A stretch of 64,000 nt of DNA from Epiperipatus broadwayi (taxonomy: Eukaryota > Animalia > Onychophora). The DNA is taken from assembly GCA_028023455.1 (NCBI GenBank), contig JAQFVV010000009.1:8990001-9054000 (forward strand). Reading direction: 5' to 3'. This document shows positions 14,101 through 27,765 of this stretch, in pieces. The position numbers and the translations under genes were made by a program. How positions within the stretch are numbered: position 1 is the first letter of the stretch; each line of letters opens with the position of its first letter. The notes beneath the pieces were generated by a model. It saw nothing but the letters and a program-made list of their open reading frames with translations. It was not told the DNA's origin and searched no databases.

Positions 14101-15349
14101 GGAAATTATAGTATTGGAAGTGTGATCCAAGAAATTTGCTTTGAGTTCTAGAGAGTCACTTGCAAAACAATGCTTTAATCAAAATATCTTACTAATACAG
14201 TGCTAAAACAATGGCAAAATTAAAAAAATATTCTTTAAGTAGTATGAGAAAATGCAGATGCTCTAAAAGATCAGACTTTTTAAACAAAAAGTATAATAGA
14301 TTCTGCATTATGGAAATCTTTCATTCAGACTCTTTTCTCGCTTATTAGTGATAATATTTTTATTAAGAAAAAGTTGAAATATGTGAGGATTATTTAAGAA
14401 ATTATGCATTCCATTAAGTGGAAAATAAATCATTATTATCTTTTTGAATTTAATTATTTCAGTAATATTTTACCCATTGTGAAAAACTTAAATTTTAATG
14501 AAACATTAAAAAAACATTCAATTGTGGTTCACATGTCATAATATTAACTAAATTGAAAAGTTTAACACACACACATATATATTATAACCTACACTCCCAA
14601 CACTGCTCATATACATTACATGAGCAAAATGCCCAGGCGCCAGTTCTATTAATGAATAGAACAATATAACAAAATATATAATACAAAATTATTACTGAGA
14701 CTCTATATTTAAGTTTATGTTCACCTCAGCTCAGTGGGAGGCTATAGGCAGTTCATAAGATACATGATAATAAATGAATAAAAGAAAAAATATTATAAAA
14801 CATTCAATATAATGTAAATTCCTTTGTTAATTAATTGTATGATAAAGAATCATAATGTTTACTTAGTACAGTCTATTAAAATATACTTTTAAACTTAATT
14901 TCTTCCTTCATCCAAGTATAACATATATCAGCTTGCTATAATTATACTCTTAACAATTCTATGACTTGGCATATTATAATCTAAACATCTACTTTAATGC
15001 CAATCAAGAAATAAACAATAAGATAAGATCTCAGGGAATTTAACAAACACAGTTGAATTAAATAAAATATATTGGCCCATAAATTATAATTCTCAAGTAT
15101 GATAAAATGTAATAAAACAATTGACTAAACATTTTACTGTGTTTCAATAATAAGATAATGACAGAAATAGGGTATTTTAATCTCATATCATCATCTAACA
15201 AATATACTGACTTGGAAACCTTTCTAATACGTTTATCAAGTGGAAAATGTTCTTTTATAATGTTTGGATTAAGAAATAACAATATTGTCAGACACTAGCA
15301 AATTTAATATTATAACTCTAAAATAATATATCTGTTTTATAATAGATTT

Positions 15350-18300
15350 ATGAAATGTGGAGATGTGGAAATGGAAATACGAATGTACACAAGAATAACT
15401 CAAGATACAGATTTTAAGATTTTAAATAACTAAAACAAATCATTTATTACAATAAACAAGATAAATTTGGTTTAACATAATATTTACAAATGGACTATTT
15501 GTTTTACATATTTTTAGATTATCAAATAAACCTTTTTTTTTTATTTTAGCATCAGTTTGGGATTATCCCTACTATCAAAGCAAATTAATAACAAAGTTTA
15601 AATATCCTGACTTCGAACACAGGCTTTACCTACATGTTTCATCTATATGACAATAAATAAGTAACACGTTATATTATTAGCACAAAAAAAAAATCCCTTT
15701 GAGAGGATATTACTCTTGATTACAAAATAAATCAAATTACTTATTTTTGGCTTTCAGCAAAGAAACTTTCTCTAATTGACTAATAATCACTTTCAATTAC
15801 GTATCCCTTTCATTTATAGGAACAAAATCATCTTTATTCTGATGATTTAAATAAATACACTGTATTTTAAAATATTTATTTCCCATTTTAATCTTAATAC
15901 TTTATACTTCTATTAAATGAATGTAGTATATTTCAAAAGCATTTATTTCTCATTTTAATTTCAATAATTCTATACTTTATATATGCAATATTACTTATAT
16001 TACGCGTGTGTGTGCACGTTCAAGCAGCAATAATGTAAAACAATCTTTTCTATAAACTCTCCATTCATTAAGAAAATATCATACATTTTATTTTGTTTCG
16101 AACAATGTCGTAATTCATCAATAAAAATATGACACTAATACTACATCAAGAGTTAATCTAACAATTTATCTAGCCACATATTAATTAACACAAAGCTATA
16201 TTTTTATGATTATATATACTATACATTATAAGGGGAATCTACATGAGGAGCAAATAACTCTTACTGAACACTTTTACAATTCCTCATTACCAAGAATCTA
16301 AGAAAAACGTCACATAACTTCCTAAACATCATTTAATCATATTTCAACAACAACTCATCTACTTCTAAATACATTATTGGTGGGGATTAAAATTCCTCAT
16401 CACCAGGGCCCTAAAAACATCACTTCAAAAAATATCATTAATCATACGCATATAAAATAAACTAGGCTCTACTCATGGAAAATTATTAACATATACTAAA
16501 TAAGCAAGATCTTTTGTCCCTATAGACATTACAACGCAGTCAGATTTCTTTCTATTCTCATAGCTTCTCTAAATATCGAACCTTATAAATACACGCTGGC
16601 AGACAAATACCTCCAGATAGCATATCAATCTGTTCAATTCAGTAGAATACGGCAATGTACGAAATTTATGCATAAAATATTCACAAACTGAACTTTATCA
16701 AACAAATATCATAATTGTGCAAACAAATACACACCCGTGAATAAAAAGTATATATAATATTAACCCTAAATTACACACTAAGCAGGTAATATGATAATTA
16801 AATATTGCATTAAGGTATAACTCTTAATTTAATAAACTTTAGGTTACTTTTTAAAATTTAATGGTTCTAATTATTATGAACGAACTTTCTTCATATCTAA
16901 CAAACTATTTCTATTATACGTGTTCGGTGATTCAAAAAAAAAAAATTCTCACTTTGAGATAATAAAGTATGCAAAATAAATGTAAACCTCTCTAATAATA
17001 CATTAAAAAAATATTTATTTCTTTTACCTTCGTAAAAGAATAATAAGACCTGTTTGAACACAATCAATTTTTACCAGCGTACCTCTCATTTAGATACGCT
17101 TCAGAGACGGTCTCGAAAATCAAAATAACACAGATTATAAATGAACATAATAATAAATAAACCTATCTACCTATCATATATATTAATTATGACAAGCAAT
17201 AAAAAAAAATAAAGAAACAAAGGTTATTAGTTTTGTAATTTAAAATAAAAGTTCACTTGCAAAGCTCGGTTCCAGGTTTACGAAACAATATGGGACACAT
17301 TCCAAACTGAATTTAAACTAAAATGCACTTCTGCAATATAACTTAAAAAAAATATAAGCATAACTTAAATATGTCCAGAACCTTTCAGTGTTCATAGCAT
17401 ATCCATTCGAGGTACCAAATCATACACAAGCAGTGAATTTTTCCTTTATTATACTGAAAATATAAGACATTCTCCGTGCAGTTCTGGATTAAATACGTGA
17501 TTATCCTTAGTATTTTTCTGAATAGCATTTAATAATACTTTAAATTGTCCTTAGTAATTCCATAATTAATAATGCTTTGTTTTATATTCCGTCCTTATTG
17601 AAGAGAATAAAAATTACCCGCATTTCTGTCCTTCTATTCAATTTAAACAGAAGTAGCTTACATTTTATTTCCTTAATTTAAAAATACGTATTAGCTCCAG
17701 AAATATCAAATAAATGAATACTGTTATCTCCTTATGATGAACTTAAACATAGTATGATCTATCAAAATAGACATATCCTTAAGTCTATGTATAATCTTCA
17801 CAAAGAATACTACACAAAAAATAGTGAGAAATTAAAATATATTCTATAGAACAGTTCTGCATGCGTTTTCCATATATATCAAAAAAATACGTTGCTTAAT
17901 GATACAACAATAATATTTATGTAAACCATTCTCATTTAAAATGGCAATTAAGTGAAATAATGTAGACTGGGCATTATTAACATACATTTTTAAAGGAGTA
18001 ATAGTTATAAAAGGATTACTTCAGAAATGTTTAAATCGAAGAGAGTCAATTAGACCGACATACTTTTTTTTTAAAACCTTAGAATTGCATTTTTTTAATT
18101 AATTTTTCTATAATAAAGTTCTTAAGCTCCTTTGGAAGTTTTACTCTAAAGTCTTTTCAAAGTCAAATTGACTTCAGTAACTGGCTTTAATTTTTACAAT
18201 ACATGAACCACTGTTTACTGTCTACAATTACATTATAAAGAGCCAATTTTCTACTGGAGATCTTTGTTAAAAACTCTCTTTAGCAAAGTTCATTTGCCCT

Positions 18301-18350
18301 TCCCAAGGTTACTCCCACGCATCTTGCTAACTAACTAATTACATATGCAA
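15350..18350. promoter_or_regulatory. CpG-retaining island (possible enhancer or unmethylated region)
   Basis: Many CG dinucleotides (e.g. cagcgtacc, gatacgcttcagagacggtctcg, agctcggttcc) against almost none in neighbouring 20050-21800. No repeat or ORF explains it. Confidence 0.45.
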
Positions 18351-19088
18351 AAACAAATCTTTTCAAAAAAAAAAAATCATTTTGATTTTTAAAACCAAAT
18401 GAAGACAAAAAAATAATAAAATAAATAGCTTTTACAAACTTGAAAGAAAAATAAATATTAATTAACTATCAAATAAAAATGATTAATAATTTATTCAATT
18501 TATAAAATAATTCATTGATCTAACTATATATTAATTATTGGAAAGAAATATATATTTGTTAAATTATTTAAGATAATTACTCTTATTTAAATGTTTTTAT
18601 TGTGAATGTACTATTGTTTGCTGTTATTAAAGATGAAAATGAAATGAAACATAATGCAGAGTCATACATGCATACACATGCACTACAACCTAAATATTAA
18701 ACTATCTTAACTAAATATAATTGAAACTGCTATTACCTGTTGACAAAAGGATAAGAATTAATGAATAAAGGATTTTGAAACCATTCAAATAATATTATAC
18801 TAACACAGGATAACTTTGCATCTTTCCAACAAGATGTATCAATTCCATTAATAAACAACCCCCCTTCCTTACATTAAACCACAATAATACTAATAAATAC
18901 CTATCAAGTGGTCAATAAACTGCATAAGCAATCCATATTTAAGCTTTAAGCAATCTCCAGCAAAAATTTTAAAATTCTAAGGCTATTTCATTTTTTTTAA
19001 TACAATATAACTATTTAATGCAGATACAAAGTATCTTAAACCCTTGTGCCCATTCAGATGGTCACAATACATATATATAACTTCTATC

Positions 19089-19133
19089 CCTCACTGATGA
19101 GAGCAAATCAGCTTGAAATCAGCTGATCTGAGG
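19089..19133 (+). ncRNA. Minimal type I hammerhead ribozyme (PLE-type, palindromic stem III)
   Basis: cctca-CTGATGA-gagc aaatca gctt-GAAA-tcagctga-TC-tgagg: stem I cctca/tgagg (extendable), intact core, stem II gagc/gctt, palindromic stem III, AUC cleavage triplet after 19128. Confidence 0.8.
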
Positions 19134-19434
19134 ATGGAGCAAAATGAAAGAGACAGTGAATATTGACTCTGACGTTTATGTAAACAAATATACTTGTTTG
19201 GAGGTCTTGGTAAAGCTCCATCTATTGATCATATATATATATTAATAAATAAAGGAGAATCTGCAGGTATGATCACCATACATAACCAGAAAATACCACT
19301 AAATTTACTATGTAGAATTTCTTATATCAAAACATCCACCTTCATTAGTGGTTGACTACTAATCTTTATATAAGGTTATAATTAACATCACATGATCCCC
19401 ATTCTATTTGTTTAAACAAGTTCTATACACACAG

Positions 19435-20140
19435 GCAAAACACTCCATACAGTAGTGCCAATCAATGCAAAACAGAGTAATCAATGGATGCATGAAAGTT
19501 TATCATAAAATTCTAATATATTCCCTATGCTTTCAGTATCCCCAGACTAGCTTCTAATTTGTGGCTTTCATCAGGAACCTTGGATCTAAGAGTCCTGCAC
19601 TTAAATCTTAGGATCTAATGCAACTCTTCAGCAGCCATCTTTTCCTTCTTTAATTAACTATAATGTTTTGAGTGACTGTATAGAGAGTTTTGCCTATATG
19701 TAAACAGCTTATGTAAGTATAAAAAATGGTTATCATGTGATGTTAGTGGATTAATACCAATCCTGACCAATAGGATTATGGTGATTGTGGTTATTAAAGA
19801 ATCAAAAACACCAAAATCTATGAAGGCTGAACCGAATTCATATCTATATACAAACAAATGAGCTTGAATTAAATATATTACTGTTTTAATTTTGGACTCA
19901 AAGCTTTATAGTTAGTTAAAAAGGTAAAAGGTGGCTTCTGGAGGGTTGTATTAGATCCTAAAATCTAGGGTGCAGTGCTTTCATATCCAAGACTCCTCTC
20001 TGATGAAAGCCACAAGCTAGAAACTAATCTGGGAATATTGGATGAGTAGGCACTAGATAGGGATTTTATGCATAAACCTTACTGCATCCATTGATTACTC
20101 TGGCTTGCACTGAATGGTGTTACTGTATGAAGAGTTTTGC
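19435..20140. repeat. Long inverted repeat (arms 19435-19673 and 19896-20140, 222-bp spacer), each arm with a decayed hammerhead
   Basis: The reverse complement of the right arm aligns to the left arm over ~240 bp. HHR-like consensus CTGATGA AAGC CACAA GCTA GAAA CTAG TC TGGGG at 20000-20034 (+) and 19574-19540 (-). Confidence 0.85.
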
Positions 20141-23057
20141 TTTGGTGAGGTTAGAATTAACTGGTGAGGATGTCAAACCATAGATTTCTATCAAAGCCCT
20201 TAACCATTGCTAATAATTATGTCCACTAGGTCACAGAAATCTAGAAGCTTCTTATAATATCTGATTAGCAAACAGCACATGATGACATAAATAACAATAA
20301 TAAAAGAGGCCTACTAAGTAACAAAATAAAATTTATTATGAATTCATTTGGTTATATTTAAATACATATTAAAATGATTTTGAGTTGTTATATTCTATAG
20401 ATAACTTGAATAATTTAACCCTTGTTTAATTTTTTTTATTAATTACTCCAATGGGTACTAACTCTAAACCTTAAGTTATATATGCACTTATATGGCATTT
20501 CTAATATCTTTCTGAATATCATCATGGATCAAGTTTCAATAATCAATCAATAGTTTCAATTTTTTTTATTTAATAAATAAGTTGGTCAGCATAGTGAAGC
20601 TAAGTTTGGGGTGTGCTCAAATATATATTGCTTTTAAATTCTACATAGCACATGATAGTAGCACAGATTTCTGTCAAGCATTTTATCCTAGTTACATATG
20701 AATATTACACAATTAAGACTTTTAGCAATATGCATTCAGTACCACACCAAATGATCATTGTATAAAGTGATATTATAATCCCATACCCAATTTATAAATA
20801 CATGGATTATATACAAAAAAAATCACACAAATAATTGTACTTAAATATGCTCTAATTTCTAAGAGTAAGCATACATAAATCATCTGTTCACATTGGGCAT
20901 GTGTTAAAATACATCTATAAAAGAATGTTTGAAAAATCCTTTGCTAAATACATATAAATACATTGTTATTCTCTTAACTGTATCAACATGTATGTGACAT
21001 ATATATTTTAAGAAAATTAAAATCTGTTCAGATTTTTGATTAACAAGTAAAGTCTACATTTTAATCAAGAAAAGCTATTCACATTCCAGTGTTAGCTCTA
21101 ACAGACTGCCAGTAAATCCCTTAACTTTATTTCTCCCTTTTTATTTTTTTAAACAAAATATTTAAATAATGTCCCAATGAAATGTTTTTAAATCTGATAG
21201 TATTCAAAGATATTGATTTTGAAATCACAGTCCACCTATTCTGATTTTTAGTTATTCAATTTGCATATATAATATTATTTTCCAACAATTTATAGGAGGA
21301 TTTTCAAAAACCAAACTATTTATTCTGATTAATTATATATATTTTTAGATAAACAATATAAGTGTGGAGTTTAGCTTTATTTTTTTTTTTTTAATCTTAA
21401 ACTAGTATTGTAAGTAATATAATCTGGTTCAAATCCTTAACTATAATTTACACAATATTTATTAGTTAGACAAAATAAATTAATAAAAACATTAACTAAA
21501 AGATTGATGGTGAAATCATAATAAGTCTATAGGTAATAGAAGATTTATTTAAAATTTAAATCAACTTCATAAAATGTCTACAAATTAAAATGATTTTTAT
21601 ACAATTTAGCTTTGATCAGTTTTTACACAACATTTGGCAAAGTTCATCAACAGTAATAAAATATTTATTTTATATATGTACTTTTTCCCTTTTGAATTTA
21701 TTTTACAAGCACTCTGTATGGAAATTCCAAGTTGAAGCCAATGTTATAAGATCTTATAGTTTTATAGTGACTTTTTTAAAACATTCAATCATGATCAAGT
21801 TTCCATATATTGTTGAACAGTTTACTGGGTTATAATCAATTTTCCACATATTTGAAAGATTCATCACTGATAGGCGTAGGTTTTGGTATATAGTTGATTC
21901 AATTTAGCTACTTCAATAACCAGAAACATTCTGATAAACTAGTTCTATGAAGACAGGAAGAAGTTCATAAGTGTAAACTAACAATGCATTGAAATTGATG
22001 CCTGAAATGATTCTTATTAATTGCACATTGGTTAGAAGATAAGCCCTCTATGAACAATCGGCATGATAATGGAGGAATCAAGCAAAAGAAACAGAGAACA
22101 CAAGAAAAGATAAATGGATTTCTACTGCTTGCTGTGTATACTAATTTTTTTTTTCTTAAGAATTTTTAAACTCGTAATTAAAAGCAGGCTTATTGTAAAA
22201 ACACTTCTATTTTTGAAAAAGCTAAAAGTTTAAGACATTAAAATAAAGCACACAACAAAGCTTAATTACAAATCCAAGATAACAGATCATTGTGAGAATA
22301 ATTAATTTTGACAACAGAATAATACAATACAAATTTTTATTTGTGATTTCAATTGATCTTATGTAAAATTTAATTTAATATCCTGTAATGGATCTCATTA
22401 ATTAAAAATTTTGTGTAAATAAATCTTTTGTCTCAATAAAGAATTAAACCTATAAAATATTTTTTTTAAATTTCCTGTTTAAAATAAGAGTTATTTAACA
22501 CACATGATATTTTCTATACTTAATGTGAGTCTATATCCATGATAACTTAAAATGTAACCTATTACGTGATATTTACTAGGTTATATTATTTCACTGATAT
22601 ACAATAATTTTGAACCATAAATCACTTTTCCTATAGCCAACTGCCTAACTGAACTTGAAATAACTGTCCATTTCAATATATATTTATATGGTTTTATAAT
22701 ATAATAGTTTGCATTATTATAAGAAATAATAACTATAATAACTTATGACGCAATAAAGGAAAACATAATTGCTAATATAATAGTAGTACAGTATATGAAT
22801 TTAATTTAAAAGGGAAAAGAAAACATTTTTTTTTTTTTTTAAAAAAGTATATTTGTGTATCACTTTTAAACTAACATTTATACATGTATATGCAGCTTAT
22901 TAATTAATATTATTTATTCTCGTTTAAAAGGAGAAAAAATTATACTGCCAAGTTATAATAATTAATAGTATTCTAATTAAAACAAAAAATTTTAGTTGTA
23001 TATTATTTATTATTTTTATTGGTTAAGTGAATTTATTATATATTAAAATATAAATAC

Positions 23058-23972
23058 TGCGTTCGTTTTTCTGTCTACCAAGCTGAGCAGACAGTATTTT
23101 TGATAAATATACCGTTTCTGGGGCATACAATAAAAATATATTTCATATTTATATTTTTTATTCAATAGAGTTATTGTGCAAAAATTAATTACAATATTTA
23201 TTCTTTATTTATTATATTAAATCAACTTATTAATATAAAAATATAAATATGATTTGCGCTAACGAAGCATACACACGCAAAGCTGAATTTTTCTAAATTC
23301 TTTATATATTACAATAATATTTATTATTACAATAATATTTATCTTTTCAATATATATGTGTTCGAGTGTATCAGTGTTATGAGATAGTGTGGAGAGTGGT
23401 GGGTCATGTGAAAGTCTGTGCTCATATACCTTATATAATAATATAAAATAAATATATATATAAGGGTAGCTAAGCGCTTTCAAGGAATACAGCCCTTATA
23501 GTCATAGCCATAAATAACTAAAGAAAGTGGTTAAATAGAAATGTAAAGTGCCATATTGTGTTTATTAATGCAGACTTCAATTTAATAATTTAAAAATAAA
23601 AAAATACATAAACGTCTTTATATATATTATTTATATGAAGGGCAAGTGAGTATATTTGATTAATATATTAATGTAAAAAAACATGAAATACCTTTATAAT
23701 ATATATGTAGACATTGGCATTTATACGTTATAATATTTGCCTTTTATTTATTATAATTAACAACTAACACATGTTTAGTAATATTATATATTATAATTAA
23801 TTTTTGCATTGTTTTTATTTTTTTAAACTAAAACTATTAAAAAAAATGTAAATATTAAATCCAATATTTCCTATCAGTCATTTTTTTTGCAAAGATTTAT
23901 TGTATGCTCTCAAAACTGTGTACATATATATCAAAAATACGAGCTGTAGAGTTTGATAAACAGGAAAACGCA
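23058..23972. mobile_element. MITE-like element with ~77-bp imperfect terminal inverted repeats (23058-23134, 23896-23972), containing a PLE terminal repeat
   Basis: tgcgtt..ttt(t/c)ctgt.ta.caa.ct..cag...gtatttttgata.atat..ac.gttt..g.gcatacaataaa occurs in opposite orientations. No clear target-site duplication. Confidence 0.55.
23467..23510 (-). ncRNA. Atypical hammerhead ribozyme (A3:U8 core variant) in a solo PLE terminal repeat, copy 1
   Basis: Minus strand: tggct-ATGACTA-t-aagg gctgtatt cctt-GAAA-gcgc-TT-agcta. The downstream flank resembles that of the PLE at 30442-30978. Confidence 0.65.
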
Positions 23973-25106
23973 CAAGGACCTAAAATATTCCTCATCTGAG
24001 ATAAATTAAGTCTGATAGCCATTTTTTCTTGGACGTACATATTATAAAAATATTTACATAATTTTATAATTAAGATATTTAATTTTATTTCTTAATGATA
24101 CATCACACAAAATATTAGCTGATATGGTTCACTGATTCAGTGCATCCAGGATAGATTGTAACAAGGAAAAAGATTCTCATCTGAAATCTAATTAAACACA
24201 CATAAAAATAATCAACCATTTCATTATATTCTGGTTTTCTGAGCAAGCACATATAAATCCCTGCATATTCCATTACAATACTGAAAAACCCTCTATATAA
24301 AACATTTGAATTAAAATTTTAAAATCTGTATATTAGCCAAATTCTAAAATTGTAAACTTTGACACTGTATTCAATTTTATAATACCTTTATAGAATTCTG
24401 ATGTGTATTGTATAAATATTATAATTAATTACATTAATAATAGAAAAAGTGTTAAAATGCATTAACATATTATAACGATCGAAATGAAAGTGAAGATCGA
24501 ATCTAACCGCAAACTACGATATCTGCTCTACAGAGCGCCATCTAGGCATTTAAACCTAGAAAAATTTATAGAGTAGGCAGATACGCGCTGTTAAGATTCC
24601 ACTTTATTTGAATATTCAGATCGTTAGCCCAAGTCACTAGCTCAGTGGAGACGCAGAGATAAAAATCTATATCTTAATTTATATCTTAAATATAAATAAA
24701 TAAAAGCCACTGCCAGAAATTAACACATAAAAATATTTATTTACGCACATATAAAATAACATCTAAATTTTGAGGAATAAACTGGAATAAGTTTAACATT
24801 TTAGATTTTTCTATTAATCTTTAGTTTTACATTTAAGTAAATTACAACCATGAGTTTAATATTTATTTAGTGAGTCGAGGATGAATAGACTACATAGATC
24901 TGCATTTGAAAAGAAAATATTCTTCCCTGATTTAACCTTAGGCAACAAATTTCGCAATCAAACCGGTGCCAATCCATCTGATACATTTATGTATTCAATG
25001 TAGCATGAAAATACAACAACACAAAATACTATACTGTCAGGAATGTACATCTGATCAGTAAGTAGAATTAGAGAAGACATTGTCTCTCCACTAATAGGAA
25101 TGTTAC

Positions 25107-25170
25107 ATCTGTTGGCGAGTAGAACAATAAACATAAAACTCCATAGGAATGGACTGCGGTCCTTTGCCAT
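25107..25170 (-). CDS. Candidate signal-peptide exon (MAKDRSPFLWSFMFIVLLANR) of a minus-strand gene
   Basis: ATG followed by a charged n-region and hydrophobic h-region, with a possible phase-1 donor GAT|gtaaca. It lies ~0.9 kb downstream of the TATA promoter. No downstream exon identified. Confidence 0.3.
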
Positions 25171-25893
25171 CTTACAAACCCATCCATAGGCAAACAGAAG
25201 GTGTGTGGCGTATATATATAATCCTGCCCATAGCGGATCTCATACTACATCTACAATTACACAAATATATCCAATCCATTGAACCAATTCAACTACGAAA
25301 TTAACAACCTAAGATTACCCTCCTTAATATAACTTTACAAAACTATATAGCCATTCACGCCCGACTTAAATTTAACATTTAAATACATTTGCACAGATTA
25401 TTTTTATACAATTTGTTTTATAATGTCGAGTATAGATCGGCTGCACAGATTCCACGGTCAAAAACATTCCAAATTAAACACAACCGATCAAAATACAAAG
25501 TCAATCGATAACGTCAATTGCTGAGGGAATACAGGAGACCCTTTGGTGTTCATCATAAGACACCGCAGTGACATTGTTGACTTATATGTTCTAATCGACT
25601 GTGAAAACCACAACATAATCAAACGCTAATGAATCTATGCAACGTCTATACCCAACTTAAATGTAATGCATTTAATAATTTCTACAATAAATATTATTAC
25701 AAATAAAAATAATAAACTGGAAATGATTTTAGACAAACTTAACTATATAAATTTAAACAATCAATTATTAATTTGAAAATCAAATAAGAGTTCATTTTAA
25801 AATTTAAATTAGCTGAATCTTTAAAAAAAACAATGATGAAAGTTCTTAATTACTTTTTTTTGTTGTTGCTAATTTGTAAAGTTCATAGCTCAC

Positions 25894-26183
25894 GGTAGAA
25901 GAGTCCAGGTTTCTGCTTTTAATTCCCGCGACGCCTCTATTGGAAGATAATGTTCTGGAGATGGCAATAGCTGGTTCAAGGTATCACAGTCTTTTCATTT
26001 TTTTATTTTTATACAGAGAGTGTGGTATGTGCGTCCTACCACATCTCTCAAACACAAAACGCTGGAACTCTCAGAAAAAACTGTATTTCCCTTTTTATAT
26101 TATCCACACGGATTCAATCAACCAAACGTCACTAATCCATCACTTTCGTTAGGGTCCGAGCCAAGGCTTAGTGCTTCCATTGG
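25894..26183 (-). promoter_or_regulatory. Pol II promoter-like region: CCAAT (26183-26179), TATAAAAA (26099-26092), first-exon donor CC|gtgagc after 25894
   Basis: Spacing is plausible and the region sits in a CpG-retaining island (~20 CGs counted in 25420-26160). Confidence 0.55.
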
Positions 26184-27620
26184 TCAAGCTAATTTCTCTT
26201 TATTTTCTTATCTATCTTTCATCAGATCATTTTAATTATACAAGACCCAAGGCTATCTTGCTTTTCAAACAATTTATAAACAATCATTTCCATTTACAGA
26301 TTACAAGAATTAATTAATACCTGTTTTTATTTTTAAATCTTGTACTTTTTTTTTATATAAAAGTACGTTCAAATACTTATTTATTTGTTTTTTTAAAAAA
26401 AATATTTTTAAAGTTTGGCATCTGTGCTAATGTATATACGTTTAACAAACATTTTAATTTTAGCGTTTAGTTTTTTACTTTTATTTGCGAACTTTTAAGT
26501 TTTTATTTTAAATTAATGTAACGACATATTTATATATCGTTACAATATATTGTAATAGGTCCAGAATGTTGAATGTTTTTATCTTAAGCTATATATTTAA
26601 TAAAATGGAAGCAAGTAAATCTCCTTGCTTAAAAATAAAGTTAATTCTGCTTTGTATACAAATATTTCTAGAAATCTATAGATTAGGTTAAATGGTATTG
26701 AAAGACTGTTAGTGCTAAAAAAAATTGAAGCTGGATTTTGTTTCGCTGAATTCTTGTTTTTATTGTTTACAATTTCATATTTTTGCGAATATTGCCATTG
26801 CAACTCAAAAAAAAAAAAAAAAAGGGCAACAAAACAGCAACAATAATAGTTAGTAATAGTAGTAGCAAAAAATATTATAGATGAATTTTTCAAAAAATAG
26901 ACAATTAACTTAAGAACTAATCCACATATATCATATTATTATACTGTTTTTGAGTGTCTCTGAGACAATCTTTATAACAAATGCTGTCCAACTTATATAT
27001 ATATAAATCATGTTCAAGTTTATAATAAAATTGTTTTAAAGAAGTCTATTACCATTAATTTATTTAATATTACCAATCCAATGAAAATATGATTTTGCAA
27101 TATTACATTCTACATTACCACATTTAACAAGCTGAAAAATATATAATTCTACTATCACACTTTCTAAGCCTTCTAATTGATTATTGGAAATAAGTCAAAT
27201 ACTATTGTTACTGGCATAACAAATATTATTAGTGGATTAAAAAAAAACTATTTTTTAAAATGGTTATTGATAACAATAGAATTAAAAATTCCTTTGAACT
27301 CTACAATTAACTCATCTAATTAATAATAATTATTATATCTATTGTTCGATATGTTTTATTTTAAAATTATTAATACATTATCACAACTAATAAGCAATTA
27401 CCTTTCAATAAATAAGTTTTCATAATTAATACAAAATTTTAATTAGCAACAAAGTAAATGGACACATCTGTGTTCTTTATTAATTTTGTTAATACTTTTT
27501 AATTATTCATCTAAGCATATTCATTTTATTATCGTTATTTATTAAATTTTAATAAAACTATTAAATGAATTATATCAAAAATGCAAATTATATAAAAAAT
27601 ATTATCAATACATTTTTCAG

Positions 27621-27765
27621 AAAGAAAAAAATATTTTTATTGAAAATCCCATGCCAAAAAATTCTGCTGAAACTTTGTCCGGAAGTTCAATCGAACCACT
27701 GGTAGAAGATGTGACGGAGCCTACTGAGGAGTTCCCAGTACAGAAAACATATTTTCAGCTGCAAG
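27621..27765 (+). CDS. Probable coding exon (KEKNIFIENPMPKNSAETLSGSSIEPLVEDVTEPTEEFPVQKTYFQLQ)
   Basis: catttttcag| acceptor and CAAG|gtttga donor; 145 nt fully open, phase 0 to 1; more GC-rich than its flanks. Confidence 0.62.

Noticed and set aside
24620-24660. A-box-like TAGCTCAGTGG (similar motif near 14727; lone B-box GGTTCGAAT near 62989)
   Set aside because: No paired A and B boxes with a cloverleaf; at most SINE debris.
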